Source: Flavobacteriales bacterium (lineage in GTDB: Bacteria; Bacteroidota; Bacteroidia; Flavobacteriales_D; Parvicellaceae). From it: DNA of 26,865 nt. Position numbers and translations under genes: made by a program. Below the pieces are notes generated by a model, which was not told where the DNA came from, searched no databases, and saw only the letters and a list, made by a program, of their open reading frames with translations. Where the stretch lies: contig JALTUD010000013.1 of assembly GCA_027047735.1 (NCBI GenBank), positions 1 to 26,865 of the forward strand, in the 5' to 3' direction. Below are positions 19,630 to 26,865 of this stretch, one piece after another. Each line of letters starts with the position of its first letter. Position 1 is the stretch's first letter.

Positions 19630-21101
19630 TTATGAAAAAGATTTATATTAAATACATAAGTTTATTATTGGTGCTCTTTTTTATAAAGAAAATAGGTGCT
19701 CAGGGTTTTAGTGCTTTACCAGATACTATTTGTTCTAGAGGGATGGTGACGCTAACATACACCCCTACCGGACAAGTATCTTCGGAAATAAAATTATATA
19801 GAGATAATATTCTTATTAATAATACGAGTAATATTTTTTCGATGTACTCATATTCAGATTATCCATTAAACAATACAGGAGGGACAATAACGATAACGTA
19901 TAGTATCGAAGTAACTATGACGGATGGTACAGTTATAACAGATAATGCTTCTGTTGTTGTATATCCCGCACCACAATTATCCGTAGCTGATTTTATAGTT
20001 TCGGATGTTAGTTGTAATGGTAATCAAAATGGTTCTATTACCCCAAATATTGATTATTTTACAGGAAATAATAGCGGAGCTCCTTTTTTGTATTATTCAA
20101 ATACTTTTTCAAATACATCTTACACTCTCGTAACAACAACGAACTTTAATCTAAGCGGACTCGCAGGGGGCGATTATTATTTTTTTATAAGGGAAAACAA
20201 TCAACTAACTTGCAATAGTGATACGATTACAATCACCGTAAATGAACCCCAGAGTATAAGTTATGATTCCGTGAATATTATAGACGATAACTGTGGACAA
20301 CATTCAGGAATGGTTATTTTTCATGGGTTAACGGGAGGTGTTTCACCTTATGTCTTTACTGATGGTTCAACAACAACATATGATAATATAAACGATAGCG
20401 TGATAATAAACCTAACTAATAATTTTTATCAATTCACAATAATAGATGCCAATAATTGTAGCTATAATCTATTTCCTCCCAACAATCAAAATGCTTTTAT
20501 TGTAAGCGACTCAGGAAACGGAGATGAACCTGAAACACCAAATCTACCTCAGGAACAAATAGTTTGTGAAAACCAATCCTTGCAATTAAACGATAATAGC
20601 GGATTGCCACATTTTTATTATTTTTCAGGATCTGACAGTACATTGTTTTATTCGCCCAATTCTACCATTAATATTCAAAACCAGACTTTATTACAAAATG
20701 ACTCTCTCTATGTTTATGTTATAGAAACAACAGGAACGTCAGCGGGATGTATTAGCGATGTTGTAGCCATAGACTTAATACAAAAAGATTGTTCTTTTAA
20801 CCCCGATAGCGTAGATGTAACCTATAATGCTTTTAGTCCAAATGACCAACAAAATCCCGAAAACAATACTTTTGTAATTGACTTAGAGTATATTGATGAC
20901 CCAAACGTTACAGATGTAAATGTAACCATTTATAACCGATGGGGAGACATCGTCTATCAAACAGAAAATTATGATAATAAGAACGGGTGGAACGGGGGTA
21001 CGTTTAATGAAAGTGCACTTCCGGAAGGAACGTATTACTACATCATCAATGTAAATTCAAAAAAATACGTCAAATCAGGATGGGTCTATTTAGATCGATA
21101 A
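19626..21101 (+). CDS. Second T9SS type-B CTD protein with SprB-like repeats
   Basis: ATGA overlap with the upstream gene; signal peptide; VSCNGNQNGSI...GLAGGDY and DDNCGQHSG SprB-type repeats; IYNRWGDIVY...LPEGTYYYII...GWVYLDR. Confidence 0.9.
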   Translation: MIMKKIYIKYISLLLVLFFIKKIGAQGFSALPDTICSRGMVTLTYTPTGQVSSEIKLYRDNILINNTSNIFSMYSYSDYPLNNTGGTITITYSIEVTMTDGTVITDNASVVVYPAPQLSVADFIVSDVSCNGNQNGSITPNIDYFTGNNSGAPFLYYSNTFSNTSYTLVTTTNFNLSGLAGGDYYFFIRENNQLTCNSDTITITVNEPQSISYDSVNIIDDNCGQHSGMVIFHGLTGGVSPYVFTDGSTTTYDNINDSVIINLTNNFYQFTIIDANNCSYNLFPPNNQNAFIVSDSGNGDEPETPNLPQEQIVCENQSLQLNDNSGLPHFYYFSGSDSTLFYSPNSTINIQNQTLLQNDSLYVYVIETTGTSAGCISDVVAIDLIQKDCSFNPDSVDVTYNAFSPNDQQNPENNTFVIDLEYIDDPNVTDVNVTIYNRWGDIVYQTENYDNKNGWNGGTFNESALPEGTYYYIINVNSKKYVKSGWVYLDR

Positions 21102-21112
21102 AAACGAATAAA

Positions 21113-22045
21113 ATGAAATATCTTAGCTCAATAATGATTCTTGTTTCTTTGTGTTTTTTCTTCAAAAAAGGCTGGGCACAACAAGACGCACTTTATAGTC
21201 AATATATGTTTAATCCCTTGGCGTTAAACCCTGCTTATGCAGGAACTAGAAATACACTTAGTGGTGTTATGTTGTACCGAAACCAATGGGTAGGAATGAG
21301 CGGAGCTCCGCAAACAGCAAGTTTGGCGGTTCATAGTCCCATAAAAGGTAAAAAATTTGCTTTAGGATTAAACCTAATGAGCGAATCCATCGGTCCAACA
21401 CAAAACAATGTCTTTTTAGGTACCTATGCCTATCACGTAAACGCAGGCAAAGGTAAACTTTCTTTTGGGCTTCGTGGCGGATTTTATTCCACAAGTATAG
21501 ATTACAATAAATTGCATTATGTAAATGAGCAAGGAAAAGTAAGAGGAAGGTATCAAAAATCTTCCGCGAATTTTGATTTTGGAATGTACTATCACACTGA
21601 TAAGTTTTATGGAGGTATTGCCATTTCACATATAGGAAATCCAAAAGTAAAGTTTAATGGTAGTGATGCTTTATTGCCTTTACAAGCACATTACGTGGCG
21701 TTTGTCGGTAACGCCTTTGTGATTAATGAAAATCTGGTAGTAAAACCTTCCGCAGTTGTAAGATATACAAATGGAGCACCTTTCAATTACGATATAAATA
21801 CGAGTATTTTATTCCAAAAAGTACTATGGTTGGGAGTGTCTTATCGCTCTAATACCTCAAAAATTAACGAAGCAAGTTTGGTTTTTGTAACGGAGTACAA
21901 CATAACAGAATCATTTAGATTAGGGTACAGCTATGACTTTAATTTAGGAGCGATAAAACGTTACAATTCCGGTTCGCATGAAATCTTTTTGGGTGCAGAT
22001 TTATACATCAAAAGAAAAACATCGGTGTCACCAAGATTTTTATAA
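21113..22045 (+). CDS. PorP/SprF-family T9SS membrane protein
   Basis: ATG 21113 (MKYLSSIMILV signal peptide) preferred over 21080. QQDALYSQYMFNPLALNPAYAG, YRNQWVG, LGYSYD and SGSHEI motifs. Confidence 0.93.
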   Translation: MKYLSSIMILVSLCFFFKKGWAQQDALYSQYMFNPLALNPAYAGTRNTLSGVMLYRNQWVGMSGAPQTASLAVHSPIKGKKFALGLNLMSESIGPTQNNVFLGTYAYHVNAGKGKLSFGLRGGFYSTSIDYNKLHYVNEQGKVRGRYQKSSANFDFGMYYHTDKFYGGIAISHIGNPKVKFNGSDALLPLQAHYVAFVGNAFVINENLVVKPSAVVRYTNGAPFNYDINTSILFQKVLWLGVSYRSNTSKINEASLVFVTEYNITESFRLGYSYDFNLGAIKRYNSGSHEIFLGADLYIKRKTSVSPRFL

Positions 22046-22067
22046 ATTACTTTAGAAAACAAGGAAA

Positions 22068-24407
22068 ATGAAGTTAATAAAAAAACTAAATAAAATAGTG
22101 TTGCCAATGCTATTGTCTTTATGGGTAACACAATTTATTGCTCAATCAAATGAGCAAAAAAAATATACAAAAATTACAGAATATGAAGTGTTACCGGTTT
22201 TAGGAGTCAACACAAGTTACAGTGAGTTTAGTCCGGTCTTATTGGGGCAAGAATTTATCTTTACCTCAGACAGAGAATACGATATTAAAACATTGGGAGA
22301 AGGAAATTGGAAAAAAACAAATCATTTTAATCTATTTAAGGCAACGTTTAAAGATATTTTTGCTGACACCATACAATTAGTTCGGATACGGATTTTTGAT
22401 AACAATCTATTAATGGATGACCACGTCGGGCCTATAGCTTTCAACAAATCGGGAGATGAAGCAATAATTACCATTGTCAGCCACAAAGAAGACAAACCCT
22501 TTGCTAAATCCACCGCCTATCCGCAATTATACAAAACACAAAAAATAAAAGGGCGTTGGAAAAATATCGAAAAACTTCCCTTCAATCAAAAAGGAGTATC
22601 AATGGGACAAGCCTGTTGGTCGCCGGATGGGAAGAAACTTTATTTTGTTCAAAATACAAGTCCCGGAACAGGAAAACATGGAAACGGAAATATTGTTTAC
22701 ATAGAACGTAACGGCGACTCTTGGGGTAAAATAACCAAGGTAAAGGAATTAAACACCAAAGAAAATGAAGCCTTTCCCTATCTTATTGATGATAAAATTT
22801 ATTTCGCTTCAAATCGAAGCGGAGGACTCGGAGGTTGGGATTTATACGTTAGCCAATGGAAAAACGGAAAGTGGTCAGAACCTCAAAACCTTGGCAAAAC
22901 AATCAATACAGAAGCAGATGAATTTGCTATGATATTTAACGTTAATAAAGAAAGTGGCTATTTTTGTTCAAACAGACCGGGAGGTAAAGGACAAGATGAT
23001 ATTTATAAATTCCATAAAATCGAAAAAACACTTGTCGAAAATCAAGCGATTTCAGGAGTCTTAACATTTATGTATTTAGATGGAAAATCAACAGAAGGTT
23101 TGGAAGTAGGTGTATTTGACGATCAAGGAAATTTAATTACCAAAGCAACAGCTGATGCCAATGGAAAATTTGTATTCAAAAAATTACCGCAAGACAAAAA
23201 ATATATCTTTAAAATGTTAAACACCGATGAAGAGGTAGAAATGAACCTCAACGATGGTGAACTGATATTAATATCGAATAACAAAGGAGAGTTTGTCTTC
23301 AGAAAATTAAGTAGCAAAAGTGTCGGAACATTAGCCCTTATCGACGAAGAAGACTACGACCTTATCACGGGCGAAGGTGAACTAGGAGGACAATTTGTCT
23401 TTAAAAAATTAAAACATAAAAACCCCGAAGGTCTGGAAGTGTACTTAATAGACGAAGACGGAAACATTATACAAAAAACAACCACAGATAAATACGGAAA
23501 TTTTATTTTCAAAAAAATACCGCGAGGAGCAAATTATCTTATCAAATCACCCGAGGGAGAAGAATTTGATATTCTTATCTTCAATAAAAAAGAAGAACTC
23601 ATCGCCACCCTAACCAAGGGCAAAGACGGTAAGTTTGTGTACCGAAAACTAAAATCTCAAACAGGAAATTACAACTTGGACGTAGAGGAAGAAGATTTAG
23701 TATTCATCGAAAAAAGAATTGCCATAACCGGACAATTCGTTTACCAAAAATTAAAGACCGAGCAAGTAGGCGTATTAGGAGTTGAGGTGCACGATGAAAA
23801 CCAACTGATGCAAAAAACAACATCAACCCCGGAGGGTGATTTTATGGCACTCAACCTAAAACCACGTGATTTATACAAATTTCGAATCGAAGACGAAAGC
23901 AAATTAAAAGAAGAACCACAACTAAACATCACCAATCGCCATCACCAAACCGTAGCTGTTATTAACAGAGAAGACGACGGATTTTACATTTACTCAAAAA
24001 CTAAAGGACTAACCGTTGGAGATTCAGTAATTAATGTTGAGGTCATTCAAATCGAACAAACCGATATACAAGACACCCAAATCATCTATTACGAAAATAA
24101 TGAATACACACTAACCCCCGACGACAAAGAAATATTAGACCAACGCATAAAAGAGCTAAAAGAAAACCCAAAATTACTAATCCGTGTAGAATCCTATGCC
24201 TCAACCAAAGGGTCAGAAGAATACAACAGAAAATTAACCCAAAAACGAAAATCCGAAGTCATAAAATACCTCACTCAAAAAGGAGTACATCAATCACGCA
24301 TAAAAGCACTCGCCTACGGAGAAGAGCGAACACAAGAAGAACAAGACGAAGAACAACAACGACTAAGCCGAAAAACCGAACTAACACTATTTACACTAAA
24401 AAAATAA
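22068..24407 (+). CDS. PD40-propeller + prealbumin/CnaB-like repeats + OmpA-like C-terminal domain protein (PorE-like)
   Basis: EFSPV...FTSDR, YFASNRSGGLGGWDLY and YFCSNRPGGKGQDDIY PD40 repeats; repeated EGLEV.L.D..GN.I....TD..G.F.FKK.P; C-terminal KGSEEYNRKLTQKR...V..YL...G.....I.A.AYGE. Confidence 0.85.
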   Translation: MKLIKKLNKIVLPMLLSLWVTQFIAQSNEQKKYTKITEYEVLPVLGVNTSYSEFSPVLLGQEFIFTSDREYDIKTLGEGNWKKTNHFNLFKATFKDIFADTIQLVRIRIFDNNLLMDDHVGPIAFNKSGDEAIITIVSHKEDKPFAKSTAYPQLYKTQKIKGRWKNIEKLPFNQKGVSMGQACWSPDGKKLYFVQNTSPGTGKHGNGNIVYIERNGDSWGKITKVKELNTKENEAFPYLIDDKIYFASNRSGGLGGWDLYVSQWKNGKWSEPQNLGKTINTEADEFAMIFNVNKESGYFCSNRPGGKGQDDIYKFHKIEKTLVENQAISGVLTFMYLDGKSTEGLEVGVFDDQGNLITKATADANGKFVFKKLPQDKKYIFKMLNTDEEVEMNLNDGELILISNNKGEFVFRKLSSKSVGTLALIDEEDYDLITGEGELGGQFVFKKLKHKNPEGLEVYLIDEDGNIIQKTTTDKYGNFIFKKIPRGANYLIKSPEGEEFDILIFNKKEELIATLTKGKDGKFVYRKLKSQTGNYNLDVEEEDLVFIEKRIAITGQFVYQKLKTEQVGVLGVEVHDENQLMQKTTSTPEGDFMALNLKPRDLYKFRIEDESKLKEEPQLNITNRHHQTVAVINREDDGFYIYSKTKGLTVGDSVINVEVIQIEQTDIQDTQIIYYENNEYTLTPDDKEILDQRIKELKENPKLLIRVESYASTKGSEEYNRKLTQKRKSEVIKYLTQKGVHQSRIKALAYGEERTQEEQDEEQQRLSRKTELTLFTLKK

Positions 24408-24410
24408 TTT

Positions 24411-24560
24411 GGGCGTTCCCATTACAGCATAAAAAAGCGGTTTCGTTGCACTACACCACTTTTTAATGCCGTAATGGTCGGGCTATCACTACTCACTCTT
24501 TTTGCCCTCAAAAGGAGGAGGGCAAAAAGGAGTTCAAACACGCCGTTCTATCCCTAACGT
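24411..24560 (+). ncRNA. Flavo-1-like structured motif (core of copy D)
   Basis: Same core as copies A, B and C. Family assignment from memory only. Confidence 0.45.
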
Positions 24561-24776
24561 GGGGCATGTGAGTGCAAAGAAAACGGAGTTTAGTTTTCTT
24601 AGACGATGAAAAATTCTTTTGCATAGCACCAGCTATGGAAAATAATTTTGAAGAAGGATAAGGAAAATAAAACCGTTTTGTTGTGCTCAGATGTTCCATG
24701 TTAGGGATACAATCCCTAACGCGTGTAAAAAGAGCGGTAAGAAAATGAGTTTTAGTTTCTTTAGACAATGAAAAAA
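24411..24776 (+). repeat. Composite structured repeat, copy D (core 24411-24560; 161-bp hairpin 24549-24709; junction palindrome 24700-24720; half-arm 24711-24776)
   Basis: Reverse-complement counterpart of copies A and C. Begins 4 nt after the OmpA-domain gene stop. Confidence 0.93.
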
Positions 24777-24815
24777 GTCCTCTGATAAATCAAGAAAAAA
24801 ATAAACATCTAAACC

Positions 24816-25214
24816 ATGAATAAAATAGAACATATAGGCATAGCCGTCAAAGATTTAGAACAATCTATAAAACTATTTAGTAATTTACTGAATACCCAAC
24901 CTTACAAAAGAGAAAAAGTAGAAAGCGAAGGAGTAGAGACGGTCTTTTTCCAAATAGGAGAAACCAAAATAGAACTCTTAGGAGCAACAAACGAAGAAAG
25001 CCCCATAGCCAAATTCATACAAAAAAAAGGAGAAGGAATACACCATATAGCTTTTGACGTAACCGATATAAATAATGAAATAAAACGTCTGCAAGAACAA
25101 AATTTCACGGTACTGAACACAACGCCAAAACAAGGAGCAGACAACAAAAAAATAGCCTTTTTACACCCTAAATCTACAAATGGAGTGCTAACTGAACTCT
25201 GTCAAGAAGAGTAA
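24816..25214 (+). CDS. mce: Methylmalonyl-CoA epimerase (VOC family)
   Basis: KIEHIGIAV, KIELL, IAKFIQKKGEGIHHIAF and GADNKKIAFLHPKSTNGVLTELCQE motifs. Confidence 0.95.
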   Translation: MNKIEHIGIAVKDLEQSIKLFSNLLNTQPYKREKVESEGVETVFFQIGETKIELLGATNEESPIAKFIQKKGEGIHHIAFDVTDINNEIKRLQEQNFTVLNTTPKQGADNKKIAFLHPKSTNGVLTELCQEE

Positions 25215-25242
25215 TAACCAGGTTTAAATCCGTAAGTAATAT

Positions 25243-25273
25243 TTTGAGGTTCAAATATATCGACTTACCTTTG
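25243..25273 (+). promoter_or_regulatory. Bacteroidota sigma-70 promoter for the 25296 gene
   Basis: Exact TTTG-N19-TACCTTTG. Confidence 0.72.
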
Positions 25274-25295
25274 CAAAAATCATTAAACAAACATT

Positions 25296-26865
25296 ATGAA
25301 AAAAATTAATACGCTCCTGTTAGGGCTTATGTCCTTAAGTTCTGTTCTCGCACAAGAACAGCAGATATTTCCAATCAATAAGACATTGGAAACACCGACA
25401 ACGTTACAAAATTATGTTCCGGCTCAGGCTACTAATGTGTATAACAAAACCATATCCAGTCAATGGGTAAATTATGTAGACGCCTATTCCAATTATTATG
25501 GTTCAGGACCTCAATTGTCCACCAATTACTTATTTCCGGATTCAACAATTCTAGTGAATTATGGACAAGCAGGTTACTTAGGAGCTTGGATACATTCCAT
25601 TGCCCAAACATTTGACATGAACGCCCCTGTTTACGCTAATGCAGGAATCACCATAACCGGCGATTATGCCATTGAGTTAGACTCGATAGAAGTAAAAGGA
25701 ACTTACGAACGTCCGGATAATAGCGTTGTAGATACCTTAGAAGTTTTAGTTGTACCTGCCGGAGCGAATCTTAATGATCAATACTACTTTGCAGGTAGTT
25801 CAATCAATGCGAACTTGAATTCAGATACTGTATTCTTTAGAAAACTTTATTACGATTCTATCAACCATATTGTTAGAGATTACGTCTCATCTTACAAAGT
25901 GCCTTTAGATGACGCCTTTTTTAATACCGCCGTTAACGGTGTTCACACGGTAAAAATCAACGCTAATGATGTTATCCCGGATACATCACAAGGTATTTTT
26001 GCTATCGTAGTTAACTTTATACCGGGCTACACTTGGACTCCAAATGTAGATACATTAGGAACACAAAAGAACGTGTGGCGTTTCCATTCGTATGAATTAA
26101 ATGGATCTAATCAATATCCTACTTACTCTAAACAAGACTTAAACGTTTCTCATCTTGTTCCGGATGCTGTCCGCTATAACCAGTTGGTAGGAAGTTGGAA
26201 CGGTAGTTATATTCCAAGTTATGCTTATATGGGGTCAAATCCGGGGTTTTCTTATGAGTCTATGGCTATTTCCGTCAAGTTAACTCAACATGCACCGGTT
26301 GTTTTAGCCGATTGTTCAGAACCATTCTTTTCTGAATATGTAGAAGGAACTTCAAATAACAAGGCTCTTGAAATTTATAACCCTACTGGAAGTGCAATAG
26401 ACTTATCAAATTACCAAATAAGAAAATACGGTAACGGTTCATCTACGCCAACTACGCTTACACTTTCGGGTACAGTGGCATCAAACGATGTTTTTGTTAT
26501 TGCTAACCCTAACGCTACTTTTGCAAACGATATGACGAATGGTATTATTTCATTTAACGGAGATGATGCCGTAGAATTATACAATATTCAAACTTCTACG
26601 GTAGTTGATGTTATCGGCGAAGTTGGAAATGACCCGGGGTCTTCTTGGCCTGTTGGGACTGGAAGTACAGCAAACCATACCTTAGTAAGAAAAGCAATTA
26701 TAAAAATAGGTACAGATGTATGGACAGGAGTTGTTGATCAACAATGGGATGTTTACCCACAAGATGATTTTACACATTTAGGAAGCCATACTAATATAGG
26801 TTGTTTTACCCCTTTAACAGCAGTACCAACGATTAATGATGATACGATTTGTGTACAAGAAAGCA
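25296..26865 (+). CDS. Secreted lamin-tail-domain (LTD) protein, 3'-truncated; absent from the supplied ORF track
   Basis: Translated by hand and open from ATG 25296 to the window end. Signal peptide MKKINTLLLGLMSLSSVLAQ; LTD motifs FFSEYVEGTSNNKALEIYNPT, FNGDDAVEL and VDVIGEVG.DPG..W...NHTLVRK from ~26320. Confidence 0.88.
   Translation, partial: MKKINTLLLGLMSLSSVLAQEQQIFPINKTLETPTTLQNYVPAQATNVYNKTISSQWVNYVDAYSNYYGSGPQLSTNYLFPDSTILVNYGQAGYLGAWIHSIAQTFDMNAPVYANAGITITGDYAIELDSIEVKGTYERPDNSVVDTLEVLVVPAGANLNDQYYFAGSSINANLNSDTVFFRKLYYDSINHIVRDYVSSYKVPLDDAFFNTAVNGVHTVKINANDVIPDTSQGIFAIVVNFIPGYTWTPNVDTLGTQKNVWRFHSYELNGSNQYPTYSKQDLNVSHLVPDAVRYNQLVGSWNGSYIPSYAYMGSNPGFSYESMAISVKLTQHAPVVLADCSEPFFSEYVEGTSNNKALEIYNPTGSAIDLSNYQIRKYGNGSSTPTTLTLSGTVASNDVFVIANPNATFANDMTNGIISFNGDDAVELYNIQTSTVVDVIGEVGNDPGSSWPVGTGSTANHTLVRKAIIKIGTDVWTGVVDQQWDVYPQDDFTHLGSHTNIGCFTPLTAVPTINDDTICVQES

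Noticed and set aside
3957-24776. CRISPR interpretation of the recurring ATCCCTAAC followed by variable sequence
   Set aside because: There is no tandem array, the variable segments are homologous to each other, the motif occurs in inverted pairs, and no cas genes are present.
2823-25147. Short overlapping or antisense ORFs in the track (e.g. 2823, 2933, 5444, 6422, 6502, 7166, 8294, 9869, 10958, 10980, 11707, 12732, 15478, 16382, 18336, 18945, 21267, 22322, 23123, 23741, 24902)
   Set aside because: They are shadows of well-supported genes with no recognisable motifs. 3916..4104 is repeat-derived.
26507-26515. CCCTAACGC inside the LTD gene
   Set aside because: It is an isolated partial key with no flanking repeat modules and encodes P-N-A in frame.

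Overview
AT-rich Bacteroidota (Flavobacteriales-like) chromosomal segment. It is rich in type IX secretion (T9SS) genes: two or three type-A-CTD or secreted proteins, a stand-alone PorP/SprF, and a cluster of two type-B-CTD proteins (1810 aa and 491 aa), a PorP/SprF and a PD40/OmpA protein. It also holds a TPR histidine kinase/LytTR regulator pair, a GT-C-like membrane glycosyltransferase, ppa, a MazG-like hydrolase, a DUF4178-like protein, mce, and two edge-truncated CDSs (one missing from the ORF track). The most striking non-genic signal is a composite structured repeat in four intergenic copies (~3957-4439, 5868-6157, 13119-13486, 24411-24776). Each copy has a ~140-160 nt two-hairpin core resembling the Flavo-1 RNA motif (from memory, not verified). 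In three copies the core is fused to an exactly 161-bp near-palindromic hairpin with compensatory base changes, followed by an extra half-arm. All modules are keyed on ATCCCTAAC. Genes flanking copies C and D show opposite third-codon-position skews that track the element's orientation. No transposase, CRISPR array, rRNA or tRNA was seen. All counts are by hand.
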